Assembly (NCBI GenBank): GCA_963804955.1
Contig: CAWDSQ010000001.1
Location: 17,879 to 81,878 of the forward strand
DNA: 64,000 nt
Direction of reading: 5' to 3'
From: an uncultured delta proteobacterium
Lineage (GTDB): Bacteria; Desulfobacterota; WTBG01; CAIYCZ01; CAIRTM01
Positions 9,329-19,890 of this stretch are shown here, piece after piece. How positions within the stretch are numbered: position 1 is the first letter of the stretch; each line of letters starts with the position of its first letter. The position numbers and the translations under genes are program-made. The notes beneath the pieces were generated by a model. It searched no databases, had not been told where the DNA came from, and saw nothing but the letters and a program-made list of their open reading frames with translations.

Positions 9329-11193
9329 TATGATTGCACCGCTTTGGATTTGAAAAGCTGTTTGAACAAAATCCAACAGAAAAGCACCGCACTTAAAATC
9401 CGGTTCCGCTCATAATGCCCGGGGAATCCCTCCCGCTCAATCGTCGGGTATTCATCGATTATAAGTCCATGTTGGATCGCAAGAAGGGTCATCTCGAAAA
9501 ACACGCTCTCCCCCCGCTCTGAAAGACGAAGACTGAGAAATGCGCTTTTCTTGAAAGCCCGGAAGAGGTTATTGCAGTCGGAAATATTGGAGTTAAACCC
9601 TATGTTCAGCAGAAAACTGAAAAACCGATTCCCGATAGAGCGAAAAAATGAGGCCCGTTGGGTCTGGCGTCCGCCGCCCGGCAGAAACCGGCTGGCAATC
9701 ACAAGGTCAGCACCCTGATCGAGCTTGATGAGAAGGTTGTTCACGTCTTTCGGATCATCAGCTCCATCCGCACCCAGGATAACGATGTTCTCACAGGAGG
9801 AAGCCGTTACGGCCATTTTCAGAAGCTCGCCCTTGCCGCCTTTGGATTGAATAATTTTGAATCCATACCGGGCGAAATATTTTTCCACCTCTGAATCCAT
9901 CTCTGATACGGCCAGGATGTATTCATCAAACCGCTGCTCCTTCAGGCTTTCGGCAAACACCTTCGAGGATTCCTTAATCTGCAGGGAAAGCAAAATCAAC
10001 GACCGTTTCTCATTGCGCGTGTGTTTGCTGCTGAAATAGTTCGTCATCACGTCAACGATGTGAGCCTTCTCCAGTTCGGACAATCCCTGGTGGGAAGCGA
10101 TGTAAAAACCGTTATTGTTGATCCACTTAGCCACCGGATAATCATCTTCGTTGATCGCCAGAGCTTCCTTGTAATACGGCTGGTTTGTCAGCGGCAGCAT
10201 GTCGCGCGTTTCAACGCCGTTGGCTTCCAGGTAGTTCACGAGTTCGTTTTTGTTTTCATGGCGCAAGACGATCGGAAACATCATGAAAGCATGACCCGCA
10301 CCGGGCCTGAGTGAGGGAAGCTGCATGTGCCCGGTAAGAGGTTTGAGCTTTTCGATGAGATACTGGCCGTTCTGCCAGCGTTTTTTCATCATGCCTTCAT
10401 GGTCTTCCAGTTCAGCCAGTCCGAGCGCACCTTCCAGTTCGGTGACCCTCAGGCTGTACCCCATCTGAACGAATGAAAACCTCCGCTGGATTATCATCTG
10501 GAGCTCTTCCGGGCTCTTGTCCTTGTCATCGTCAATATTGAGGTAGATGGAATCCCGACCGTGATTCATCAGCGACCGAAGTGCGATTGCCAAATCCGGC
10601 TGGTTGGTGGTGCAAAGCCCGCCTACCCCGGTTGTTAAAATATGGGCGACATAGGTGGAGAAGCACCCTACATCCCCGAACGATCCAACAGACTTCCCGT
10701 TGAGGCGGGTGAACATCGTCTCGCACGAATCCTCGATCACGCGGAGCTTGTGCTCTTTCGCGATCGCCATGATGCGATCCATGTCGCACGGATGGCCGAA
10801 AAGATGCACCGGAATGATGCAGCGGGTGCGCTCGGTTATTGCGGCTTCGATTTTGTCAGGGTCGATCTCGTAATACACCGAATCCACATCCACGAACACA
10901 GGCTTCATGTTCAACTGCAGAACTATGTTGGAAGTGGCGATGAACGTACAGGCAGGAACAATGACCTCGTCGCCGTCTGCCCAGCCAGATTTGTTTTTCA
11001 ATGCTGCCAGCGCTATCATCAGCGCGCAGGTTCCGCTGGCGGTCATCACGGCGAATTTGCAATCATGAAAAGCTGCGAAGCGGGATTCAAATTTCTGGGT
11101 GTACGGGCCATAGGTAAGCCGCTCTGAGGTCAGAACATCATTAATGTAACGCCGTGCGCGCTCTGTGGTTTTAAAGGTTCCTACACCGATCAT
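9328..11193 (-). CDS. Fusion protein: DegT/DnrJ/EryC1-type sugar aminotransferase (N, ~390 aa) plus GT2-like domain (C, ~220 aa)
   Basis: Uninterrupted 621-aa ORF. The N-terminal part reads LTYGPYTQKFESRFAAFHDCKFAVMTASGTCALMIALAAL...VPACTFIATSN (DegT fold). The C-terminal part reads GKGELLKMAVTASSCENIVILGADGADDPKDVNNLLIKLDQGADLVIASRF (GT2 DxD region), followed by a hydrophobic tail. Confidence 0.75.
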   Translation of the reverse strand: MIGVGTFKTTERARRYINDVLTSERLTYGPYTQKFESRFAAFHDCKFAVMTASGTCALMIALAALKNKSGWADGDEVIVPACTFIATSNIVLQLNMKPVFVDVDSVYYEIDPDKIEAAITERTRCIIPVHLFGHPCDMDRIMAIAKEHKLRVIEDSCETMFTRLNGKSVGSFGDVGCFSTYVAHILTTGVGGLCTTNQPDLAIALRSLMNHGRDSIYLNIDDDKDKSPEELQMIIQRRFSFVQMGYSLRVTELEGALGLAELEDHEGMMKKRWQNGQYLIEKLKPLTGHMQLPSLRPGAGHAFMMFPIVLRHENKNELVNYLEANGVETRDMLPLTNQPYYKEALAINEDDYPVAKWINNNGFYIASHQGLSELEKAHIVDVMTNYFSSKHTRNEKRSLILLSLQIKESSKVFAESLKEQRFDEYILAVSEMDSEVEKYFARYGFKIIQSKGGKGELLKMAVTASSCENIVILGADGADDPKDVNNLLIKLDQGADLVIASRFLPGGGRQTQRASFFRSIGNRFFSFLLNIGFNSNISDCNNLFRAFKKSAFLSLRLSERGESVFFEMTLLAIQHGLIIDEYPTIEREGFPGHYERNRILSAVLFCWILFKQLFKSKAVQS

Positions 11194-11313
11194 ACCTTAA
11201 GTCCCCGGGATTTTATGGAGGATGTGGGGCATCCTGCTTATCGCTTAGTGGATACCAGATAGTTGTTTAAAATGTTTCTGAAATTAGCTTTGTTTCCGTC
11301 CGTAAGCCAAGAG

Positions 11314-13497
11314 TTACGGATGAACTGAAAACCCGACCTTTTTTTTGATCAGTATTTCTTTTATATACAGTTGCCGGTTAGGCTTATTCTCGTTATTCGA
11401 AAAATATATGTTAAAGCTTATAATGTCGCCCTTTTGACAATTGAACACACCACTTCTAAGCACCTTTTCTTTTTCAACCGTCCACTCGCCTATAATTTTA
11501 TCTTCCCCCCTCAGCCCATCTTTCCACTTTACTGATTCCAGCTTCATTAAAGGGAAAACACCCGCGCCGGGAGAACCGTATGCCGTAATCTCTACCTCAT
11601 ATTCCCCCTCTTCAAAAACAACCGTTGGCGAGCAAAAAGGGGTGGTGATTTCCCAAGACATTTGATTTGACGTTGCAATCAATGGAGTTTTTTTTCTATA
11701 ATTGCTGCCTTTAAAGTCGTTCAGTTTAAATTCAAAAAAATCCCTGCTGGTGTCCCAGGTTGCAGAATCGCAAAAATTTGCATCCACTTTTAATATATCA
11801 ACCATTGGCGACATGGGAAACCAATCCAAAGGAAGACTGCCCTCACCAAAAGACTTAACAGCGGCAATATTTAAAAAAGACTTATTGTATTTTAACAAAA
11901 TCGGGAGTTTTATATTATTCGTATAATTTCTGCCCACTACAATATAGTCAAAACCTTCATTCCAGAACCAAACGGGATCTTTTTCAAGTTGCCCGATAAG
12001 AACGTACTTAAAACCAAGCTTATCAAGATCTGGTTTGTACCATCTTAATTCATTTACTAAAGCAGCTTTTTGCGTCTGTTCGACATTCTTCTTCATCCAT
12101 TCAACTGCCAAAACCCTTGAGTCTTTTGTATTATATGCTTCAAGAGACCAGTTTATTGCTTTGTATAAAGGGTTTGATAATACAAGAATAATTGCCAAGA
12201 CAAAACAGGTTTTCCTGTATACAGCAGGCGTTTTTATTTTTTTTAGAATTTCAGACGCAAAATTTAAAACCTGACAGATAAAGAGACCAGCAAAAATGCA
12301 AAGAAAAGCATTTACTGCCGTCATATTGCGCATGAAATTTCCCTGCATAGTTGACATGTACAACACAAAAACTATGGGGTAGGCCAGCAGTATAAGGTGT
12401 ACTCTCCAGTTGACAAAAAAGCCGGAAATCATCCCTAGAAAGGCAGAATAAAGAATAAAAATTCCTACCCCGCCACCACCACCCATGGCCCATCGGTCTT
12501 GGCAAAATGCGTGATAATAGTAAAGCAACTGTGTCCATATCGTATATTGTCCGGTTGGAATTTTCCCCGAGGCAATATCAGGATTACTGCTGAATACATT
12601 CCATCCTGGTGTGTGGCCGTAATGCCAAATAGCCCATCCTGCGCCATTTTCAAAAAAACCGGGCAAATCACCAATAGAGTAAGGGCATCCGATAAGAAAT
12701 CCTAAAGGAACAGTAACTAATATAATCAAAATATCGGGATTAAATAATCTGCTCTTGTGCTTATTTAAAACATGAGCCAATAATGGCAAAATTACGACCG
12801 GCCAGGAATTATATTTAGCCGCTATGGATAATCCGGCCAGAAGGCCGGAAATCAGATACAGCTTTTTTTCTCCCCTGAGCATTAATAGAATAGAAGAAAA
12901 TGCTGTTGCCAGAATAAAAAATGCAGTTGGTACATCAACCGTAATCCAGATCGATAAACTAAGGTGCCCAAGGCAGCAGGCCAAAAATAATGAAGACAGC
13001 AATGCTGCGAGCAATGAGGAGTAATATCTGCTGCAAAGTAAATAGACAATGCCGACCGACAAAGTTCCGAAAAGGACTGTTAAACGCCTGCCCCATACAT
13101 AGAAAACAGGGTGGCTTATCGTCCAGTACCATTCTGGTGTATCTGCATTTGTTAATATGTCCTTCAAAGGTAAGAATGTGGTGGTTAGTGGATCAGTAAG
13201 AATAGAAATGTAACAAAGAATTGCATTTATGGCGTGAATATATACTGTTAAATTCGGATATGTAGAATCATGTGGATTGAAATCCCCCGTTTTTAAAATC
13301 CTCAAGGCGGTGTGCATCAAGTGGGGTTCATCACAGTGCCAGGGATAGGGCAGCCCTGTTTGTATACCAAAGATCCTTAGATAATAAGCCAAACAGAGAA
13401 CAAGGCCCAGCAAGAGCCATTCTTTGTTATCGTAGAGTATTTTAAAAATTCGCCTCATATAAACACATGATTTTCTTATTTTAAAAGGCACAATCAC
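11314..13497 (-). CDS. GT-C fold membrane glycosyltransferase (ArnT/PMT, GT39/GT83-like) with a soluble C-terminal ~230-aa domain
   Basis: 727-aa ORF. The N-terminal loop YLRIFGIQTGLPYPWHCDEPHLMHTALRILKTGDFNPH is followed by more than 10 hydrophobic spans. The C-terminal non-membrane region (...EGEYEVEITAYGSPGAG...) looks beta-rich. An alternative start is the ATG near 13455. Confidence 0.65.
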   Translation of the reverse strand: MIVPFKIRKSCVYMRRIFKILYDNKEWLLLGLVLCLAYYLRIFGIQTGLPYPWHCDEPHLMHTALRILKTGDFNPHDSTYPNLTVYIHAINAILCYISILTDPLTTTFLPLKDILTNADTPEWYWTISHPVFYVWGRRLTVLFGTLSVGIVYLLCSRYYSSLLAALLSSLFLACCLGHLSLSIWITVDVPTAFFILATAFSSILLMLRGEKKLYLISGLLAGLSIAAKYNSWPVVILPLLAHVLNKHKSRLFNPDILIILVTVPLGFLIGCPYSIGDLPGFFENGAGWAIWHYGHTPGWNVFSSNPDIASGKIPTGQYTIWTQLLYYYHAFCQDRWAMGGGGGVGIFILYSAFLGMISGFFVNWRVHLILLAYPIVFVLYMSTMQGNFMRNMTAVNAFLCIFAGLFICQVLNFASEILKKIKTPAVYRKTCFVLAIILVLSNPLYKAINWSLEAYNTKDSRVLAVEWMKKNVEQTQKAALVNELRWYKPDLDKLGFKYVLIGQLEKDPVWFWNEGFDYIVVGRNYTNNIKLPILLKYNKSFLNIAAVKSFGEGSLPLDWFPMSPMVDILKVDANFCDSATWDTSRDFFEFKLNDFKGSNYRKKTPLIATSNQMSWEITTPFCSPTVVFEEGEYEVEITAYGSPGAGVFPLMKLESVKWKDGLRGEDKIIGEWTVEKEKVLRSGVFNCQKGDIISFNIYFSNNENKPNRQLYIKEILIKKKVGFSVHP

Positions 13498-13830
13498 ACA
13501 TTTGCGTCACAGTATGCGATTTTTTTCGAAGCAAATGCGCCGCTGTCCAGACACATAGCGACGGCACCGGAATTAGTGCATCCGGCAAAAGTTTAAACAA
13601 TAGGCTCGTATTTTCAATGTGTTCTATATCTCGAAGGATGGCTGTGAGTCAAGGCAAAAGCCAGCGCAAGCGGGTTGGAAAACCGCTTTAATGGCAATGT
13701 GGCGTTGGGTATAAACATCTTGTCGCGCGTTGTTCTGAGTGATATGTTGGAATATATAATTCGCATGGGTTTTATGGCACGAACCCTTCCCGTTTGTCCG
13801 GGCGTCACCATGTCAAACAGGGGTTTCTGT

Positions 13831-13859
13831 TTCAAAAAAAGCGCTGATTCAGGTATAAT
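13831..13859 (+). promoter_or_regulatory. Putative sigma70-type promoter of the DAHP synthase gene
   Basis: TTCAAA (13831-13836), a 17-nt spacer, then TATAAT (13854-13859). AGGAG lies at 13881-13885, 9 nt before the ATG at 13895. Confidence 0.4.
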
Positions 13860-13894
13860 TAATTTTAAGAAACTAAAAAGGAGATGTTAAAGCG

Positions 13895-14925
13895 ATGAGT
13901 TTTCAATATATTCAGGAAATTCCTTCGGCAGAGTCGATACGTGAAGCTTTGCCTGTGCCGGAAAACCTTAAAAAAGTAAAACTGGCGCGTGACAAGGAAA
14001 TACGGAACGCCCTGGACCGTACAAGCGATACATTTCTGCTGATCATCGGCCCCTGCTCAGCTCATCACGAAGACGCTGTATGCGAATATATCTCGCGGCT
14101 GGCAAAATTGCAGGAGCAGGTTGCCGGGAAATATCGTTATCATTCCCCGCATCTACACCAACAAGCCCCGCACAACGGGCGTAGGCTACAAGGGCATGGT
14201 GCACCAGCCTGACCCGCAGAAGGAGCCCAATATCGCCGAGGGCATCAAGGCGATACGACAGATGCATCTGCGGGCGCTGCGCGAATCGCACCTGACATCG
14301 GCCGATGAGATGCTGTATCCCGACAATACGCCGTATCTTGAAGATCTGTTGAGCTATGTGGCCATCGGCGCACGATCGGTTGAAAATCAGCAGCACCGCC
14401 TCACGGCCAGCGGCATGGATATTCCCATCGGCATGAAGAACCCCACCAGCGGCGATGTCGGAGGTGATGCTGAACTCAATTTACGCTGCCCAGCGCTCCC
14501 ATGTCTTCGTTTATCCCCATTGGGAGGTCCGCACGTCCGGCAATCCCTATGCCCATGCCATTCTGCGTGGAGCGGTTGATTTTTACGGCCACAGTATACC
14601 CAACTATCACTATGAGAATCTCATGCGCGTTGCTGAGAACTATATTGAACGCAACCTTGCAAACCCGACAATTATCATTGATACGAATCATGCAAACTCC
14701 GACAAGCACTACCAGGAGCAGCCCCGCATCGGCATGGAAGTTATGCAAAGCAGGCAGCATTCGCCGCTGCTGAAGGATATCGTCAGGGGGCTTATGGTGG
14801 AAAGCTATCTGGTGGACGGAGCGCAGAAGGTCTATGAAAATGTGTATGGCAAGTCGATCACCGATCCGTGCATGGGATGGGATGCCACGGAGGCGTTTGT
14901 GAAGAATCTGGCCGATGTGGTGTAA
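13895..14925 (+). pseudogene. 3-deoxy-7-phosphoheptulonate (DAHP) synthase, class I-alpha type; two frameshifts (~14125, ~14458)
   Basis: Three consecutive frames give one collinear protein. First: ...FLLIIGPCSAHHEDAVCEYISRLAKLQEQVAGK. Second: IVIIPRIYTNKPRTTGVGYKGMVHQPDP...AIGARSVENQQHRLTASGMDIPIGMKNPTSGDV. Third: ...AHAILRGAV...IIIDTNHANSDKHY...GLMVESYLVDG. Confidence 0.8.
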
Positions 14926-14961
14926 AGCACGCGTTCAACTATAAACTGGACTTCGTCCTTT

Positions 14962-16019
14962 TCAAGGAATAAGTTTGTTGTCCACAAGATATCTGTAAAG
15001 CTGTTGGGCAATAACCATATATCCTTGAGGAGTACAATGTCCATCCTTCTCATAATACAAAGTCTTATTTCCCGAGGCTTCCATCATTCCAGGTAATATA
15101 TCAAAAAACCCCGCATCATGTTCCATTGCAAATGAAGATAGTCTTTGAGCAGGATAAAAATGAGTTTTATCCCATGGCCCTTTTTGGGGAATATGAATAA
15201 ACACAATTCGCGGGCTTTGAGCTCAGCCGCTATTTTAACCATTTTTTGATATTCTAATTCTACAGTCTGCCAATCCTTTTCATAAAATCCATTTGGTTTA
15301 TATATTTCGTTCCAGTCTCCACGAGGTCTGTTTTGCTTCAATGCTCGATATGAGATATATTTTTTCAATGCATATCGACATACATAAGAATTGCTATAAA
15401 GAAAAACCCCTATCCTTCCAAGAGATTTAGCCTCACGAGAGGTGAGAAATCCTGATGGGTCTACGGCCACGGCATCAATTCCTTCATGGGTGTCTGAAAC
15501 ATCATTTGGCAGAAACCCAACCAAAATAAGATCCGGGTTATATTTTTTTCCATAATGCTGCAGGAGAAGACGTTCTGTTTCCGGGAAATATCGTGGAACC
15601 CCCGCTTTGATAATTTCCACCTTTTTCTGCTTTTCAACACGTTGATTTAACATCGTTTCTAACGTATAGAGAAACGTCTCTTCTAGTTGCGCCCCTGCTC
15701 CAAAGGTGAAACTGTCACCCAATCCAAGAATCCGAAAAACGTTGCCATTTTTTTCTTCAGTATGCTCAACATCGCGAAAACCAAAACTATTGGTTTCAAT
15801 ATCGTAAACAAATTCACCTGTTTCTGAACGCTGATGCAGTTTCAGAAACGGGTTCGTTTTATAGGGCAAGACAGGGTCTGATATAAAAATTTTATATAGA
15901 TTAGTTATTGGCGGCACTAGATGAAATACGCGCATTCCTATCTCACCGATGGAGAGTATGATGGTAAAAGTAAAAAAAAGCATGGCAGTGAAAAAAATAA
16001 ACTTTTTAGATGATTTCAT
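14962..16019 (-). pseudogene. SGNH/GDSL-family hydrolase (possible glycan O-acetyl esterase/transferase) with N-terminal membrane anchor; one frameshift near 15207
   Basis: ORF 15084..16019 carries the GDSL block RILGLGDSFTFGAG. ORF 14962..15204 in another frame continues ...IVFIHIPQKGPWDK... and carries the catalytic D-x-x-H block (EKDGHCTPQGY). Confidence 0.7.
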
Positions 16020-16496
16020 GTAATGTCTTCTGCCTAACGATTAAGCTAAAAGGGTTCCATACTGCGGCTGTTTCAGAAGCCAATATACTTAATCAATTGA
16101 ACGCCGTAAATGATAATATGGGTGATTAGACAATGGCGCAGATAGCTGGCCTGTTTATTCCGTGAATACCCCAGCATTTTCCTACTGGGGCGATGGAAGA
16201 AAGCGGACTATACAGATCCGAACTATTCATTTGAAACCCGGATTTACTATGGCCGCGAACAATGATAAACGAACGTGGGCGGCGCTGTGCAACACCGCGG
16301 TTGGCTGATATATACCTCACCTGTCGGCCATAAAAGATATTTTTTTGTAAGCGGCTTGAGAGCGGCCGCACAACCGGTTCAAGTCATCTTGCCACAAGAT
16401 GTTAGAGCTCTGACAGATTATCCTTAACAAAATGGCAATAGATGTTATTTCTTATCAATATTCTTTTGAAGATTAAAATTTGGACATTTAGTATGA

Positions 16497-16757
16497 ATGC
16501 TGAAAAGAAGGATTTTTAAAATGTTTATATGCATTTTGTGTGGAACAGGTTTGTTGAAATTTTTATTTTTTTGCGGATTGTCATTCACGCTCTTGTCTTT
16601 AAATTTTTACACAAACTTTCTGCGCAGTGCAGAACAAAGCTGGTTTGCATTATTCGACAGGAGTTCCGACGCAGTATCATTGGGACGGCTCGTCAAATCA
16701 AAGCAGGATGGCATCTTTTCTTTTGGGGGGTTGTGCCTTGTTTGGCGTAACCGATGA
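16497..16757 (+). CDS. Small hydrophobic ORF, possibly the detached 5' part of the following membrane-protein gene
   Basis: MLKRRIFKMFICILCGTGLLKFLFFCGLSFTLLSL (one TM span) followed by a polar loop. It is in the same frame as ORF 16839 but separated from it by several stops. A second open frame (16529..16750) overlaps it. Confidence 0.3.
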   Translation: MLKRRIFKMFICILCGTGLLKFLFFCGLSFTLLSLNFYTNFLRSAEQSWFALFDRSSDAVSLGRLVKSKQDGIFSFGGLCLVWRNR

Positions 16758-16838
16758 AGCTACCTGAAAAGATTTGTTATGGTTTTTTAATGACAAATTT
16801 GATAACTATGATGCCTATATTAACAGCAAAAGAGTAGA

Positions 16839-17935
16839 GTGTTTTATTCCACCCTATTATTCGCAGATTTGCGGCCAGGGGATTTTTTTCAGCATTTTGG
16901 AGAAAATCATTCCTTGTTCTCCTTCCATTTAACTTTGTATCGTTCATTGCACTGCGGCTGTCTGACGGCCTTAGTTGTTATGGTAATCATAGCTTGGTTC
17001 TATGTCGAATTTGGTCTTTTTGCCGGATTAACAGTCCTTGTTTTTTCGCTCCTCTCGCAATGGCTGACTGTTTTTGCCCGAAACTTATGGTGGTCTACAT
17101 GGGCTTTTTATATACCCATGGCTATGGTAATGCTTTACTTCCTGCGCAGAACAAAAAACAGACATACACAGTATTTCAAGCTGGGGCGCGTAGTTTTTTT
17201 TTCAGTTCTCATAAAAACGATATTTAATGGCTATGAATACATCACAACTACGCTGATTATGATGGTTGTGCCTTTTGTTTACTACAGCGTTTTCAATAAA
17301 GAGAGTTTTTCCTCATTTCTCAATGGTTTGATAAAAATAACAATGGGCGCGTGTCTTGCCATTGCAGTAAGTATGTGCATTTTGAGTTTGCAAATCGCTT
17401 CTATTTCCGGAAATTTTTTAGATGGTTACCGCCATTTGACATATACCTTCCAAAAAAGGACCCATGAAAATCTTGCATCTCCCCAAAACCAGTTTCTAGC
17501 TTCAAATATCGAAGGGATGCAGGCATCTACGATGTCTGTGGTTCGTAAATACCTGCATCAGGGGTTTTGCGGTTTTGATTTGAACACATTCAATTCCAGC
17601 TCTGGGGCTACTCATACCAGATATTACGTGAGTTATGCGCGTCTGATAGCGCTTTTTGTTTTGATGACATGCTTTTTGTACCTGTTCGCCAAACGAGGTG
17701 CAGCCCCGCATATCGCAGCGTTCCAGCATTAATTATTGCCACCTGGTTTTCCATTTTGGCGCCGCTCTCCTGGTTTGTTGTTTTTAAAGCGCATTCATAT
17801 TCGCATCCTCAGCTGAATGCTATCGTTTGGCAGATGCCGTTCACGTTTTTTGGTGCGGCCATTACGGGCCTTGCGGTAAGAAACGTCTTTTCATGGCTGT
17901 GGTCATCTATACGGGAAGCGCTGCCAACCGGGTGA
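16839..17935 (+). pseudogene. Polytopic membrane protein of unknown function (glycan-locus associated); frameshift near 17700
   Basis: ORF 16839..17732 has many hydrophobic spans. ORF 17669..17935 in the next frame continues it (...ALIIATWFSILAPLSWFVVFKAHSYSHPQLNAIVWQMPFTFFGAAITGL...). I recognised no family motif. Confidence 0.5.
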
Positions 17936-18104
17936 TTGCAGACAGGCTCAATTTATTGTTTTCAAATAACCATCGCATCTACGGCCATGGTGGCTGAAAA
18001 AGGGAACATACACATACCGTCTTTTTAATTGCGCCCTTGCAGGATGAAATTCAGGCTGCCCACGTTGGGGGGCTGTTGAAACACCATTAACCAGCAGAGT
18101 TCAC

Positions 18105-19212
18105 ATGAAAACGCTATCGCTGAGAAGCATGAGCAGGCACTTCATCATACTGCTGACATATGCACTGACGGCTTTTTGCGTGCTGCACATTTTTATGCTC
18201 AATAATGGCTGGTTTCGCGAGCTGAAAGATTGGAGCTTCAGCTTTGATAGGATGGTATCATTTACTGCGGACAGGCCTTTTGCCTATCGTGTGCTGATGC
18301 CGGCGCTTGTGAATGCCGGCGCTTGTGTCTTCCCGAAAGACTTTCTCCGTGAGCACAGGCAGTGGCTGATCGAAGGTTCCCCGCTTGTGCGATATTCAAA
18401 AAATACATTATTCAGGTATGAAAGCCTTGCTTTAAAAGTCCATCTGCAATATTTTTACCTCTACCTGTCGCTCGTTTTTTTGTTGTATACCGTCAGATCC
18501 ATTACAAAATATTTATACACCTTCCCGGCGGTTTTTGCTGACGCTGCCCCTGCACTTGCTTTATTGTTCCTGCCGCTGACTTTTGCATGGGGGGGCCATA
18601 TCTACGACTTCCCCGAGTTGTTGCTTGCAGCGCTTTGCCTGCTGTGCATCATCAAAAAAAAATGGCTGTTTTATTACCCTGTGTTTGTTCTCGCCATCCT
18701 GAACAAGGAGGTTAATGTATTGCTGGTTCTGTTTTTTATTGCTTTTTGCAGGGACACCATGGCAAAAAAAGACCTGCTCAAACACGCTGCGGCACAGGTT
18801 TTGATCGGGGCTTTCCTGGTGCTCTGGATACGGTTTCTTTTTGCCGAAAACCCCGAGATTTTTAATTTAGGAAATTATTGGAAGCACAATATCAGGTATT
18901 GGCTGAACCCGAGATCATATGTTCTTTTTTGGGACGCTTATCACGTGGGGCTGCCGATTTTCCCTCGCGGCTCAAATTTTTTATTAATTGCCCTTACCGC
19001 TTTTTTTGTTTTTTATAAATGGAAAGACAAGCCCGCGCAGGTTAAGCGGCTGTTTATCTATACTTCAACCTTTATGATACCCCTTTTTTTTATGCCGGCT
19101 GGGCTGATGAATTAAGGGCGCTTTCATTAATGTTTCCTGCCATATACTTGCTCGCCGTGTATTCGGTTTATTGCCTGATGTATGCTTCCTATCCTGTCAA
19201 AAGGAAGTTTTA
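18105..19212 (+). pseudogene. Polytopic membrane protein (unknown family) whose C-terminus is displaced by a frameshift in a T8 run (19084-19091)
   Basis: ORF 18105..19115 stops right after the T8 run. The +1 frame reads LFFYAGWADELRALSLMFPAIYLLAVYSVYCLMYASYPVKRKF* (stop at 19210-19212). That tail is homologous to LFFYGGMADEMRALSLLFPAIDLLGVYSLY at 28350-28440, which supports it as the true C-terminus. Confidence 0.6.
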
Positions 19213-19353
19213 AGCAGCAGGAAAAAGCGACCTAGTAGGCTGTTGAAAAACTCTTTGTTTGCACCAAACACTGCTCATATATTGGGAATGTGCAACAGTG
19301 AAAAATTTCATATGATAGACCATAAGGACAGCTAAGATTTTCAAGGGGGCACT

Positions 19354-19460
19354 ATGCTTATGCGGGGCAGAGAAAAAACGCAACAGGGTTTTTTAGCTAT
19401 ATATCTCATGAACAAAGCGTACCGAAGGGTCATCCCCTCAGACCTATGCTGGGGCGTTTA
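19354..19460 (+). mobile_element. Relic of the 5' end of an IS4/IS5-superfamily transposase gene (DUF772-type N-terminus), truncated and frameshifted in a T6 run
   Basis: MLMRGREKTQQGF, then after a 1-nt shift, (F)SYISHEQSVPKGHPLRPML. This matches the common N-terminal pattern M.GR....Q..LFSY.S.E..VP..HPLR of these transposases. No transposase body follows. Confidence 0.5.
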
Positions 19461-19523
19461 ACTCAATTTTGTAACCGAAAATCAGAAAACAGTTGAATGC
19501 GATAGCTGTATGACTTCATCGCT

Positions 19524-19592
19524 TGTCATTCCCGCTTGACGGGAATCCCTTTTGGTGTGCGGAAAAATGATTCCGGGCAAGCCGGAATGATC
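19524..19592. repeat. Pair of REP-like GC-rich hairpins
   Basis: ATTCCCG-cttga-CGGGAAT at 19528-19546 and ATTCCGG-gcaag-CCGGAAT at 19570-19588. Both are perfect 7-bp stems in an intergenic region. Confidence 0.6.
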
Positions 19593-19890
19593 AAGGTCTG
19601 TGTTGCTCGTAAAAACATAAATAATGGGTAAAGTAATTTGTTAAATGCTCAAGCGCACTGCATTCTTTACTGCTGCTGGCAGGAGTAAAAGCAGGGGCCG
19701 GTGGTTTTAGATTTAGAGGGGGCTAAACAAAGAGAGATACGGACTTGATGGCCAGAAAGGACGTCATCGGAAAAAAGCGGAACGATTCAAAAGCCCAATG
19801 GCAGGTAAAAAGGTCAGGGCGCCCAATAATTGCCTTTATCAGGAGCCTGCATCCAATGCCGCCCGGTGATGTATTTTTCTGCGCAACCAT

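Noticed and set aside
13775-13790. Sigma54-like TGGCAC-N5 element upstream of the DAHP synthase gene
   Set aside because: The -12 element reads CTTCC instead of TTGC. A better sigma70-type -35/-10 pair lies closer to the gene.
16126-16371. 81-aa minus-strand ORF
   Set aside because: It gives a basic, low-complexity translation with no motif and no ribosome-binding site that I could see. It lies in an intergenic gap and is possibly gene debris.
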